A stretch of DNA of 64,000 bases from Nitrosopumilus sp. (GCA_965197525.1 OZ240211.1:1632001-1696000), one strand, 5' to 3'. Numbered from the stretch's first letter, positions 27,671-38,500 are shown. A program made the numbers and translations. The notes: generated from the letters alone by a model not told the origin.

Positions 27671-29941
27671 ATGGAAATTGATAGCACTGCAGAACTTGTT
27701 GCAGCAGTTTATCTGAAATTACAAGAGAATATTCCAAAATATCGGAGTATTGCTAAAAGGCCATTAACACTAACTGAGAAAATCTTATCTGGGCATCTTG
27801 ATCAAATTCCTGTCAAAGGTTTCATCGGAGGTACTGATTATGTCTTTTTGAGACCTGACAGAGTAGCTCTACAAGATGTTACCGGACAGATGGTAATGCT
27901 ACAATTTATGCAAGCCGGGCTCCAAAAAACATCTCTACCCACAACAGTCCACTGTGATCATCTTATTCGTGCTCAAATCCAAGGAGATATAGACATGAAG
28001 GTCTCCCTTGATGCCAATAACGAAGTCTTTGAATTTTTACAATCTGCTTGCGCCAAATACGGATGTGGTTTTTGGAAACCTGGTGCAGGAATCATTCATC
28101 AGGTTGTTCTTGAGAATTACGCCTTTCCCGGCGGATTGATGATAGGTACTGACTCTCATACTCCAAATGCAGGAGGTCTTGGAATGATTGCAATAGGTGT
28201 AGGAGGATTGGACGCTGCTGAAACTATGGCAGGGTTGCCCTGGGAATTACTATATCCTAAAAAGATAGGCGTCAAGCTGACTGGGAAATTAAATGGATGG
28301 ACAGCTCCTAAAGATATCATATTAAAAGTTGCAGAAAAATTAACAGTCTCTGGAGGGACAAATGCAATCCTTGAATATTTTGGTCCCGGCGTGCAAACTA
28401 TAAGCTGTACTGGAAAGGCCACCATCACTAATATGGGCGCAGAGATTGGCGCCACATGTTCAATCTTTCCGTATGATGTAAGAATGGAAACTTTTCTAAA
28501 ATGTACCAACAGAGGTGATATTGCCGAATTGGCAAATCAGAATAAAGAGTTACTAGTTGCAGACCCTCAAGTTGAAGAACATCCTGAAGATTTCTTCGAT
28601 AAGGTAATTGAGATTGATCTCTCTGCATTGGAACCGCATATAGTCGGACCTCACACTCCTGACTTGGCAAGAACCATATCTGATTTATCTGATGACGTAG
28701 AGTCAAATGATTACACTGATCTGATCTCTGTTGCATTAATTGGCAGCTGTACAAACTCCTCTTACGAGGATATGTCCCGGGCTGCAAGTTTGGCAGAACA
28801 AGCAAAGACCAGAGGAATTAAATCCAAAATCCCGTTACTGGTAACTCCTGGTTCAGAACAGATCAGGGGAACCATTGAGCGAGATGGGCAAATGAGCTCT
28901 TTGACAGATATTGGCGCCACGGTTCTTGCAAATGCATGCGGTCCTTGTATTGGTCAATGGGATAGGCCCGAACTACAAAAGGATCAACAGAACACAATAG
29001 TTACGACATTTAACAGAAACTTTCCAGGACGCAATGACGGCCGTCGCAGTACTCTGAACTTTATTGGGAGTCCTGAGATGATAATTGCTTTAGCACTAGG
29101 TGGCAGACTCTCTTTTAATCCTCTCAAAGATTACCTGGTAGCATCTGACGGTACAAGATTCAAATTAGAACCCCCAGAACCTGCGCCTGAGATCCCTGAA
29201 AGTGGTTTTATCAAACCTGAAGGCATCTATATTGCACCTCCTCGTGAAAACTCTGATGACGTTCAGGTTTTAATTGATTCTCAAAGTAAGCGACTACAAC
29301 GTTTAGAGCCTTTTCCTAGATGGAGTGGTAAAGATTTTGAAGATCTCCCAATTATGGTAAAGACCAAAGGAAAATGTACTACTGATCACATATCTCCTGC
29401 AGGTGCCTGGCTATCATTGCGTGGACATTTAGATAATCTTAGTGATAACATGCTTTTGGGTGCAGTTAATGCATTTAATGGTAAAATAGGCCAGGGTAAG
29501 AATATTCTCAACTGCAAACTCGAATCATTTTCAAGCATCGCACGACAGTACAAGGAAAAGCAGATCAGTTGGATAATCATTGGTGATAGTAACTACGGTG
29601 AGGGCAGTAGCAGAGAACATGCTGCTATGACTCCGCGTTATTTGGGATGTGTTGCAGTTATTACAAAAAGTTTGGCAAGAATTCATGAGACTAATTTGAA
29701 AAAACAGGGCGTCCTGGCATTAACCTTTAGTAATACTGGTGATTATGACAAGATACTAGAGGACGATAAAATCAGCCTGATAGGCTTGAACATGTTAGAG
29801 CCTAACAAACAAGTCAAGTGTATTATCTCACATGCTGACAAGAGCACTGATGAAATTTTCTTAAATCATTCTTACAACAAATCTCAGATAGAATGGTTCC
29901 GTTCTGGTTCTGCATTAAATGTATTACGTGACAATCAATAG
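27671..29941 (+). CDS. acnA: aconitate hydratase
   Basis: LQDVTGQM, HCDH, GTDSHTPN, GSCTNSSYED, NACGPCIGQW, CTTDHIS, NYGEGSSREHA. Confidence 0.95.
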   Translation: MEIDSTAELVAAVYLKLQENIPKYRSIAKRPLTLTEKILSGHLDQIPVKGFIGGTDYVFLRPDRVALQDVTGQMVMLQFMQAGLQKTSLPTTVHCDHLIRAQIQGDIDMKVSLDANNEVFEFLQSACAKYGCGFWKPGAGIIHQVVLENYAFPGGLMIGTDSHTPNAGGLGMIAIGVGGLDAAETMAGLPWELLYPKKIGVKLTGKLNGWTAPKDIILKVAEKLTVSGGTNAILEYFGPGVQTISCTGKATITNMGAEIGATCSIFPYDVRMETFLKCTNRGDIAELANQNKELLVADPQVEEHPEDFFDKVIEIDLSALEPHIVGPHTPDLARTISDLSDDVESNDYTDLISVALIGSCTNSSYEDMSRAASLAEQAKTRGIKSKIPLLVTPGSEQIRGTIERDGQMSSLTDIGATVLANACGPCIGQWDRPELQKDQQNTIVTTFNRNFPGRNDGRRSTLNFIGSPEMIIALALGGRLSFNPLKDYLVASDGTRFKLEPPEPAPEIPESGFIKPEGIYIAPPRENSDDVQVLIDSQSKRLQRLEPFPRWSGKDFEDLPIMVKTKGKCTTDHISPAGAWLSLRGHLDNLSDNMLLGAVNAFNGKIGQGKNILNCKLESFSSIARQYKEKQISWIIIGDSNYGEGSSREHAAMTPRYLGCVAVITKSLARIHETNLKKQGVLALTFSNTGDYDKILEDDKISLIGLNMLEPNKQVKCIISHADKSTDEIFLNHSYNKSQIEWFRSGSALNVLRDNQ

Positions 29942-30016
29942 TAAAGTGTTTTAACCATTTTATCAGAATGGTCATTAAAGTGCCCATGTAATGAATTATG
30001 ATTATCTGGTTGCAAA

Positions 30017-30073
30017 AACAACAACGATAACAATAACAACAACGTTAACAATAACAACAACAATAACTGCAAC
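30017..30073 (+). repeat. imperfect (AAC/AAT)n microsatellite
   Basis: AACAACAACGATAACAATAACAACAACGTTAACAATAACAACAACAATAACTGCAAC. Confidence 0.8.
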
Positions 30074-30115
30074 GCCTTTACAATTTTTTTTTGCTAACTA
30101 TCAATAAAATTGACG

Positions 30116-30268
30116 TGGGGCCGACCGGAATCGAACCGGCGACCTACGGGTCACTACAGCTCCAAACTTACATCATCCGTGAGTCAGTTTAGCTTAGTTA
30201 CCTCTGGAGCCCTTAGCGGTGATCTTATTCGTAGACACTGTCGCCCTACCAGGCTAGGCTACGACCCC
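30116..30268 (-). tRNA. tRNA-Trp(CCA) with two introns (27 nt at 30213-30239; 52 nt at 30152-30203)
   Basis: Removing both inserts gives a 74-nt cloverleaf GGGGTCG...CGGCCCC-A with ACGGG-CTCCAGA-CCCGT. Confidence 0.9.
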
Positions 30269-30358
30269 ACTAACAACTCTGAAATAGACTTGAATTTTAA
30301 GTTATTTTTAATCAAGATTTATTTGTCATGTCTACCTAACTGTACATGTTAATCAATT

Positions 30359-30895
30359 ATGGTAAAACCCATTTACTTGATACTTGGCGCAATTCCTGTA
30401 ATTGCGGCTCTATTGCTTGTTACCCCACTACTCTTAAAAAATGAAATTCCTACATCTGCTGCAAACTATACTGACGACATTGAAATAGAGTACACCAAAC
30501 ATCAGCTCAAAAAGATCTCATACGGTATTACTGAACGAGTTGGAGCTGAAAAAACCGAGATTCTTTACATAAAAAACGACGGTGATCTAAAGTATTCTAT
30601 ATCCACTTCAGGCTATTTAGAGCCTGATGTTCGCTCAAAACTAGACACGCCAACACTTGATAGAATCAAAGCGCTAATCAAAGAGACCGGTTTTATTGAG
30701 ATACCCTCAGAATCTTTTACAGTTTTAGATAATGTCACCGAGTATCAAAAATCAAATGTCAAAGTCACCCTTAATGGGCGTGTCAATCAAATTCACTGGC
30801 CAGAGCAAAATGCAACTGCAGATTTTATTCCACCAATAATTACCATGGTTGAGTCAGAACTTGATCAGATTATTATATCTGAATTTCGTGAATAG
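30359..30895 (+). CDS. membrane-anchored hypothetical protein
   Basis: N-terminal TM helix, soluble domain. Confidence 0.65.
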   Translation: MVKPIYLILGAIPVIAALLLVTPLLLKNEIPTSAANYTDDIEIEYTKHQLKKISYGITERVGAEKTEILYIKNDGDLKYSISTSGYLEPDVRSKLDTPTLDRIKALIKETGFIEIPSESFTVLDNVTEYQKSNVKVTLNGRVNQIHWPEQNATADFIPPIITMVESELDQIIISEFRE

Positions 30896-30925
30896 ATACA
30901 AATAACCTTTTGGTAAAAATAAACC

Positions 30926-31894
30926 ATGCTTTCGTTATCTGGTCAACGATTAGATGCTCCAGGAATTATTTCTGATAAGATGAATTCTGTTGATACTTTG
31001 CGTGGCTCATCCACTCTTAAACGCGGTTTTGCCCACATGTTAAAAAATGGTGTTGTCATGGATGTTACAACTGTGGAACAAGCTCAAATTGCTGAAAAAG
31101 CGGGAGCAGTCTCTGTCATGGTATTGGATAAACTTCCATCTGATGTTAGAAAAGCTGGAGGAGTTGCACGAACTGCAAGTATCAGGATTATTGAGGATAT
31201 CATGGACTCTGTAACAATTCCAGTAATGGCAAAGTGTAGAATTGGTCATGTTAATGAAGCACTAGTACTCCAAGAGACTGATGTTGATATGATAGATGAA
31301 TCTGAGGTATTAACTCCCGCAGACGAGTTTCATCATGTATGGAAATGGGATCTCACTACTCCTGTTGTTAATGGCGCAAGATCTCTTGCAGAAGCCCTGA
31401 GACGAATTGAAGAGGGAGCATCAATGATTCGAACAAAAGGTGAACCTGGAACAGGAAATGTTGCAGAAGCCGTAACTCACATCAAAAAGGTTAATGATGA
31501 GCTGCGAACAATAAAGGCAATCTATGATTCCGGTGATAACCAAGATTTAGTCAGAGTTGCACGAGAGTTCAAAGTATCGTTTGATATAGTAAAACAGACT
31601 GCGCAATTAGGACGACTGCCTGTTGTAAATTTTGCAGCAGGCGGTATTGCGACTCCTGCTGATGCAGCATATCTGATGTCTTTGGGCTGTGATGGTATCT
31701 TTGTAGGTTCTGGAATATTCAATGCCGATGATGCACAAGAGAGAGCAAACGCCATAGTTTTGGCCACTACATTTTGGAATGAATCTAACACAGTCAAAGA
31801 GGCCCAAAAGATGATTGATGAGAGACAGTCTATGTTGGGGCTAGATGTCAATACACTAGAATTACGCATGCAAGATCGTGGTGGTTCCTCATGA
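30926..31894 (+). CDS. pdxS: pyridoxal 5'-phosphate synthase lyase subunit
   Basis: [49 protein letters not shown]. Confidence 0.96.
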   Translation: MLSLSGQRLDAPGIISDKMNSVDTLRGSSTLKRGFAHMLKNGVVMDVTTVEQAQIAEKAGAVSVMVLDKLPSDVRKAGGVARTASIRIIEDIMDSVTIPVMAKCRIGHVNEALVLQETDVDMIDESEVLTPADEFHHVWKWDLTTPVVNGARSLAEALRRIEEGASMIRTKGEPGTGNVAEAVTHIKKVNDELRTIKAIYDSGDNQDLVRVAREFKVSFDIVKQTAQLGRLPVVNFAAGGIATPADAAYLMSLGCDGIFVGSGIFNADDAQERANAIVLATTFWNESNTVKEAQKMIDERQSMLGLDVNTLELRMQDRGGSS

Positions 31895-32499
31895 GTCTTA
31901 ATGTTGGTATCTTGTCTATACAGGGCGATGTTGAAGAAAATTTCCTAGCCCTTGGAACTGCACTTGAGCAGTTAAAGATAGACGGTAAAGTAACACGTGT
32001 AAAGACGCTAGATGACATAAAGCAGTTGGATGCTCTGGTAATACCTGGCGGTGAGAGTACCACTATTGGCAAGCTCTCATTGGCAAATGATTCTCTGCAG
32101 GTCTTGAAGCAAAAGATTGAATCTGGAATGCCAGTCCTTGGAATCTGCGCTGGTATGATACTGTTATCAAATACAGTAAATGACCGTATAGTTGGAAAGA
32201 CTGATCAACCCCTTTTGAATATCTTGGATGTCACATTGGAGAGGAATTCATTTGGACGACAACGAGAATCCTTTGAGGCTGATATATCGATGGATTCTAT
32301 TGGCATCCCAAAATTCAACGGTGTGTTTATTCGGGCTCCTTCTATCTCTAGTGTTGGCTCTAACGTGACTATCTTGTCAAAACTTGGTGACAGAGTCGTT
32401 GCAGTCAAACAGGGTAACATTATTGGTACCTCATTTCATCCTGAACTCACAGAGGATGTCTCTTTACACAAATATTTTCTTAACCTTTTGAACTCTTGA
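31891..32499 (+). CDS. pdxT: PLP synthase glutaminase subunit
   Basis: [31 protein letters not shown]. Confidence 0.96.
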   Translation: MSLNVGILSIQGDVEENFLALGTALEQLKIDGKVTRVKTLDDIKQLDALVIPGGESTTIGKLSLANDSLQVLKQKIESGMPVLGICAGMILLSNTVNDRIVGKTDQPLLNILDVTLERNSFGRQRESFEADISMDSIGIPKFNGVFIRAPSISSVGSNVTILSKLGDRVVAVKQGNIIGTSFHPELTEDVSLHKYFLNLLNS

Positions 32500-32663
32500 T
32501 CATCTGCTAACGCATCAAAAATTTCTTACAATTGGCGACTCGTTAATTAATTGGAATTGCTCTTGTCATCCATTAATCTGGTCCAACTACAATCCACATC
32601 GTTCTGCACATAGGCACGAATCAATAGGTTGTATGCGAATACAAAAAAGATAAGTAATGATAT

Positions 32664-32858
32664 ATGCACATTAAAAATATGGGATTGAGGGACAGCCTAC
32701 TCATGTACGATGAATGGTCAGAATCAACCAACAGAAATGCTCAATTTGAAACTCAACACATAGGTAGTGTTATCAGGCATATAACAAATGTAGATGATAT
32801 ATACAGCTATGCCGATATTGTAAAAAACAGCAATACAAGAGAATGTTGGGGAGAATGA
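32664..32858 (+). CDS. hypothetical protein (first gene of accessory module)
   Basis: 64-aa ORF ending 7 bp before next gene. Confidence 0.4.
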   Translation: MHIKNMGLRDSLLMYDEWSESTNRNAQFETQHIGSVIRHITNVDDIYSYADIVKNSNTRECWGE

Positions 32859-32865
32859 TATAAAG

Positions 32866-33408
32866 TTGGATGTGGTAGAGAAATACATAATTCTTTTGTT
32901 GGGTGTAAAAACCGAACCACTACCGTCATTCTGGCATCTACAAAAAGAAATATTTGTGTTATCCAAGGCTATACCAAAGATTAGTGAGAATTTTAAATTT
33001 GAAGATCATTATAATGGACCATACTGCGATGAGATCTCTGATGCTATCAATTATCCATTTATCTATGATAATGCCTACAGAATATCTAATGGAAAAATAA
33101 TTTTAACTGATAAAGGCAAGAAAATTTTTGAAGATTTAAAAATTCAATATGCAGAGGACAAAAGATTCTGCATAATGATAAAAATCATGAGACTTGTGAG
33201 AGATCTTTATGATAAGCTTACAAAAGAAGAACTGTTGTTCTTGATATATCAGACATATCCAGAATACGCTAGCGGATCAAATATCTATGACAAGTATGTG
33301 TTGGATGAGACAATGCGTAAGAAAATTGCAAAGTCGCTTTTAGACAAATCAATTACAAAAGAGAGATATGAAGAGGTATTGAACATTGCGCAAAATAGTG
33401 ATAGCTGA
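32866..33408 (+). CDS. YwgA/SocA(Panacea)-like putative antitoxin
   Basis: LQKEIF...F..H.NGPY and LLFLIYQTYPEY motifs. Confidence 0.6.
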   Translation: MDVVEKYIILLLGVKTEPLPSFWHLQKEIFVLSKAIPKISENFKFEDHYNGPYCDEISDAINYPFIYDNAYRISNGKIILTDKGKKIFEDLKIQYAEDKRFCIMIKIMRLVRDLYDKLTKEELLFLIYQTYPEYASGSNIYDKYVLDETMRKKIAKSLLDKSITKERYEEVLNIAQNSDS

Positions 33409-33928
33409 TAGCAGTTTTTACATATGCTTTCTTGAGGATATCAACAAGCCATCTTTCATTTGCTCGTTGTTTTCACACTCTTTCAAATTTTATATTTCAA
33501 CAATAATCCATGACGAAATATCCAAATCAGGAAATTTTAGACATATTAAGGATGGTCTGAATATACAAACTAATCTCGACTATAAAATAGATGAAATTTT
33601 AAAACCTTTTTTTGGAAAAAACGAAGTCAGACGTGGAGAACATGAAGCAATTGCGCTGGCCTTTTTATATTACGAACACAAAGTAGATTTTAACATCATT
33701 TTTGATGATATGGAAGTACGTAAATTTATTCAAAAAAATATCCCAAAATTGGAAATTTCCATGATAGGAACTCTGGGATTTATTGCAAGATGTAAATGCA
33801 AGTATGATATACTATCAGAAAGCGTTGCCGTATGTACCATAAACAATATAAAAAATTCAAAATTTCGTGCTTCTGACAATCTCATAAAATCCATATTACA
33901 ACAGATTAAGGAATGTCATAATGACTAG
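33386..33928 (+). CDS. PIN-domain ribonuclease
   Basis: IADSSF, GEHEAIALA, IFDDMEVR, GTLG acidic tetrad. Confidence 0.8.
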   Translation: MRKIVIADSSFYICFLEDINKPSFICSLFSHSFKFYISTIIHDEISKSGNFRHIKDGLNIQTNLDYKIDEILKPFFGKNEVRRGEHEAIALAFLYYEHKVDFNIIFDDMEVRKFIQKNIPKLEISMIGTLGFIARCKCKYDILSESVAVCTINNIKNSKFRASDNLIKSILQQIKECHND

Positions 33929-35022
33929 TATTCATATTAAGGAAGTGATCGAAGATAAGAACACCCTATTCAATATCAAACGGTTTAAAATATCAAATAC
34001 TGATTTCAACGAACCTGTCAAAACATTGGATGTAAAGGGCATAACAGGAAAAGCAAACCATATTCGCAAAAAAACAGACTTTCAATTAAAAGAAGTGTCG
34101 AAAAAAGTAGATGCTGGAAGAATACAAAAAATTATTGATACTAGTGATGATGGTAAGCTCAATAGCTACTTTGAACAAAAACCCACATTAGGCATATCTC
34201 CTGATACAGTTAATTTGACATTTACGTTTAATCCTTACAATCATTTTTCCAGTGTGGAAAAAATAAGTGGGTTTTTTGATCTGTACTATGAACATTCACG
34301 TACCCTTCTCACTATTCCCAATATCCGGATGAAAACAAGTAATAAACCCATTATCTCAATTCCTGACTATCTAGAGTTTGTAGACTCGGTGTTTACTATA
34401 CTAAATACCAAAAATCATAAACCAATATTTGTCCCAATTTCACTTAAAACATCACTAAAAAATATTGAAGAAATTTGTAAACATTATTTGAAAAACGAAT
34501 ACTTTAATTTTTGGATTGATTTTGATGGTAGTGCAGTAAGTAAAAATACACTTGCTAGATTGAGATATTTGTTTAGGATTTTAAAGGATGAGGAACGATT
34601 TAATGACACTATGTTATTTTACAAACATCAAACGTGAAATATCGTCGAATGCAAAAAAAGATAAAAGTCCTGCATCTGATATACTAGCTGCAGTCGCAGG
34701 CGCAAATATTATAGGTGTAAATAGAGAACCAATGGCTCCATTCAATTCCAAAAGTCGTCAAGAATTTGTTCAGCACAAAAGTAGAGTTTTAGACAGAAAC
34801 ACGTACTATTATAGTAAAACAGATAATATTGTGGCAAAAGACGTTAATGTTACTCAAAATTCAATGGAGATCAAAAACGAACTCAAAAAACAAACCGAGG
34901 CTATCTTAAATGGAGGAACAGTGGTTGAATATCTAAAAAATAAACCCATGTTAAGAGAAAAAGCCGATATCATGAAATCACTAACTGTAACACAACTTAC
35001 AAAAATCGATAAGTGGTTTTAG
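33921..35022 (+). pseudogene. frameshifted large enzyme-like protein (possibly TIM-barrel/TGT-like), break at ~34615
   Basis: ORFs 33921..34637 and 34588..35022 join as ...NDTML/YFTNIKREI... across ATGTTATTTTACA. Confidence 0.6.
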
Positions 35023-35324
35023 ACTAGTACTCTAACACAATTCTTCACAAATTACAGATTTTTTTGTTTTAGAGTCTAAATGATTTGTGCTTATTTTTTA
35101 ATAGTCCTATCATAAAATCTTTGTAATTTGTAAAAAACAGAAATGTTTGCAGCTTGAAATATTTATAATTAATCATGTAAGAACAGTATAAAGACTTCAT
35201 GTCTGTATACCAAGAATAATCATACCCAAATCCCAAAGAGCTGATACAGTATTTGTTTAGAAAACTAATTACCAAGACTCTATGATGTTACTATGTACAC
35301 TGTTCTCTTGCTATTACTCTACAT

Positions 35325-37679
35325 CTATTCCAACAAGTTATGCATAGATGTTAGATCCTTCTTGAACGGTTCTAAATTTTCAGGAATTGATATCTTGATT
35401 GAATCCTTTAATGAAAGATTTTGAGATTTTTTCTCATTCCAAACTTTAGAGTTAAACTCTGTTATGTTCGCTGTGATCTTGCTTTGATCCTCGGTACTTC
35501 TTCTTACCTCTCCTTCTTTTACCACTCTGACGTGCATTTCTTTATGAATACTATCTTTTGAATACAGAACTCTCCAGAGATGTTCTGTGATAAATGGAGT
35601 TATTGGGGCCAATAATTTTAAAATCGTTGATAATACCTTGTGCAATGTGAATACGGCCCCGTCTCTTTGTTCGTCAGAAAAACCTATACCGTATGCTCGC
35701 ACCTTGACCATCTCGATATAATGAGCTGCAAACAGGTTCCACGTAAACTCTCTGATTGCAATTGCAGGTATGAAGAAGTTATACTCGTCATACCCTCCTC
35801 TCTGACACTCTATTACCAGCTTGTCCAGCTCTGATAAAATCCATTTATCTGCAGGTTCTAACATACTACTGCTCTCTGACTCTATTACTGGAAAACTAGA
35901 CAAGAATCTTGACACATTCCACAACTTGCTGAGGAACTTTCTAGTAGATTCAATCTTTTGCTCATTGCATCTAAAATCTTGGCCGTGGTTAATCTCACTT
36001 GCACTCCAAAATCTAAAGGTGTCTGCCCCCAACCTCTCAATTACTGGTAGCGGGTCTATGGCATTTCCCTTGCTCTTGCTCATCTTTAATCCCTTCTCGT
36101 CTAGACCGTAACCCATAATCCACGCCTCAGACCATGGTTTCTCTCCTGTTAGTTGTTCACATCTCAACAGCGTATAGTATAGCCATGTCCTGACGATATC
36201 TTTTGCCTGGGGTCTGATTGAGGCAGGATACACTTTGTTGAAAAATTCATCGTCTTTGCCAAATCTGCCAATAAACAACGGAGATATGCTAGAATCCATC
36301 CACGTATCAAATGTCCTCTCTTCTCCTACAAACTCAGTACCATTACATCTAGTACAATTACTGATGGGACATTTCTCGCTCCAAGGCCTGTAATACCTTC
36401 CTGGTTCAGGAACGTGTACCTCTGAGCAGTCTTTACAGTACCAAATTGGAATCTCAGTCCCATAGTACCTTCTTCTAGATATTGGCCAATCAATGTTAAT
36501 TGACTCTAGCCAGTTCATCAGAATCTGCTTGTGCATGGCAGGATGAAACGTTATCTCTTCTCCTAGCCTCTTGATCGTTTTAACTGCATCTTTTTGTTTT
36601 AGATAATATTCTTCCATTGGGATTATCTCAATTGGAATCCTGCTTCTCTCTGATACTGGCGTTCTGTGAACGATATCCTCGATCTTTTCTACAAATCCCT
36701 GTGTCTGCAAGTCCTCTATTATCTTTGTTCTTGCTTGTTTTGGTTTTAGTCCTGTATACTGCTCTCCTGCAGCTTTTGTCATCCTTCCATCCAATCCAAT
36801 TGCTACAGCCTCCTCCAAACCCAACTCTCTGAACAGTGCCACGTCGTTTTGATCACCATAACTACATACCATGACTGCCCCTGAACCGAACTCCTGTTGG
36901 GCAGAATGATGCGTTTGCAGTTTCACCTCTGCACTAGTAATTGGCACAATCACCTCTTTTCCAATATACTGTGTATATCTCTCATCTTCGGGATTTACGA
37001 TAATAGTTTTGCAGGCGCAGAGCAGCTCTGGTCTTGTACTTGCAATGATTATATCTTTGTCCGTATCTTTGATTCTGAATTTCATGTACACCAACTGTGT
37101 TGACAAATCTTCATAGACGATCTCTGCATCTGCAATGGTTGTACCTGATACCCAGTCGTAGTTGTTGGGCCTGTTTGCCTGGTACACCTTTCCTTTCTTC
37201 CATAATTCTATGAATGTAGATTGTGTAAGTGCCCTGTACTCTTGCGAGTCTGTCCTATAGTAATCTGTAAAATTCCCGCTGATGCCCAAATTCTTCATGA
37301 TGAGAATCATCTCTGCTTCCAAGTCGTCTAGTGCATCCTTGCACAGATTCAGGAATTCTCCCCTCTCAGTCTCCCTCATTCTGATCTTGTGCTTTTTTTC
37401 AGTGTACAGCTCGACTGGAAGTCCGTTTCTGTCTATTCCTATTGGAAAGTACACGTTCTTTCCTGCCATCCTTGCAGTGCGTGCGATCATGTCAATTTGT
37501 GCGTAATGTGCTGCAGCCCCAATGTGCCACGGCCTGCCTGACGGATACGGAGGAGGTGTATCTATGGTATAGTTGTCATCTTGTGGGACAAACTCGTAAG
37601 TCTTCTCTTCTTCCCACAGTCTCTGAATGTCTTTTTCTAACTGGGGATTCCATGCTTTTTCTGATATTTTAGGTTCCAT
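35325..37679 (-). CDS. valS: valyl-tRNA synthetase
   Basis: DTPPPYPSG..HIGA, DWPISRRRYYGT, FDTWMDSS, KMSKSKGN. Confidence 0.95.
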   Translation of the reverse strand: MEPKISEKAWNPQLEKDIQRLWEEEKTYEFVPQDDNYTIDTPPPYPSGRPWHIGAAAHYAQIDMIARTARMAGKNVYFPIGIDRNGLPVELYTEKKHKIRMRETERGEFLNLCKDALDDLEAEMILIMKNLGISGNFTDYYRTDSQEYRALTQSTFIELWKKGKVYQANRPNNYDWVSGTTIADAEIVYEDLSTQLVYMKFRIKDTDKDIIIASTRPELLCACKTIIVNPEDERYTQYIGKEVIVPITSAEVKLQTHHSAQQEFGSGAVMVCSYGDQNDVALFRELGLEEAVAIGLDGRMTKAAGEQYTGLKPKQARTKIIEDLQTQGFVEKIEDIVHRTPVSERSRIPIEIIPMEEYYLKQKDAVKTIKRLGEEITFHPAMHKQILMNWLESINIDWPISRRRYYGTEIPIWYCKDCSEVHVPEPGRYYRPWSEKCPISNCTRCNGTEFVGEERTFDTWMDSSISPLFIGRFGKDDEFFNKVYPASIRPQAKDIVRTWLYYTLLRCEQLTGEKPWSEAWIMGYGLDEKGLKMSKSKGNAIDPLPVIERLGADTFRFWSASEINHGQDFRCNEQKIESTRKFLSKLWNVSRFLSSFPVIESESSSMLEPADKWILSELDKLVIECQRGGYDEYNFFIPAIAIREFTWNLFAAHYIEMVKVRAYGIGFSDEQRDGAVFTLHKVLSTILKLLAPITPFITEHLWRVLYSKDSIHKEMHVRVVKEGEVRRSTEDQSKITANITEFNSKVWNEKKSQNLSLKDSIKISIPENLEPFKKDLTSMHNLLE

Positions 37680-38500
37680 TACTCCTCTCTTGAAATATTT
37701 GAAATTATGTGAGACCCCTTGTTGTAGCCCTCATAGATGTAGACTCCTACTGCCTCTACGTTTGATGGCATCTTTGGCGCCAGCAATTTAATAATTTCAC
37801 TTGAAAGATTCTCAACTGTAGCCTCTCCCTCAAGCAGATAAGTCGTATCTTTTGGAACCTGCAGTTCAAACATCCCTCTTGGCCCTTCAAACTTGATGTG
37901 GTAGTGCGCATCATCTTCCCGGTCTAGATATTTTCTATTGATGAAAAATTTATGATCAAATACGTCTATCACACTTTTGATAATCTTTTTGGCCTCTCCA
38001 AAGTCCAGCAACAAGTTGTTCTTCATCTGTCCTATCAATTCTACCATTACTGATGATGTATGACCGTGTAATATGGAGCATTTCTCAACTAGTGGGAGTA
38101 TATGTGCATAGTCATACGAAAATGACGCATCCTCTAAAAATATGGAACCTGTTTGTGGTGCCTTGTCATAGAACACGATATCTTGCAGCTCGCTAATTTG
38201 CGCAACGTATTTTGCATGTCCTATTGCCATTACCTTTTCTTGCGGAAAATCTTCTTTGATGCGTTTGTATTTTTCAATGTCCGCATCAGTGTCTATTACT
38301 TCGATTAGTCCCTTTGCTGTCTTAAAATCAACTGTAACCTCTTCTCCATTATTTAACGTAATTTTGTGATTGTATTGGTACTCTTCTTGAAGAAACGTAA
38401 GCATTTGTGCTACTGTCAACTCTGTCCTGGTCTTAAACAGGTTGCCTTTTCTGTCGATATATCGAAGATCTGAATCTAGGATTGAAGAGCTTGATACCAT
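37679..38500 (-). CDS. queD: 6-carboxytetrahydropterin synthase (QueD/PTPS) with extra N-terminal domain
   Basis: DYAHILP..EKCSILHGH, FDHKF, ATVENLS. Confidence 0.8.
   Translation of the reverse strand: MVSSSSILDSDLRYIDRKGNLFKTRTELTVAQMLTFLQEEYQYNHKITLNNGEEVTVDFKTAKGLIEVIDTDADIEKYKRIKEDFPQEKVMAIGHAKYVAQISELQDIVFYDKAPQTGSIFLEDASFSYDYAHILPLVEKCSILHGHTSSVMVELIGQMKNNLLLDFGEAKKIIKSVIDVFDHKFFINRKYLDREDDAHYHIKFEGPRGMFELQVPKDTTYLLEGEATVENLSSEIIKLLAPKMPSNVEAVGVYIYEGYNKGSHIISNISREE

Noticed and set aside
30110-30352. 80-aa ORF
   Set aside because: Antisense to the intron-containing tRNA-Trp.
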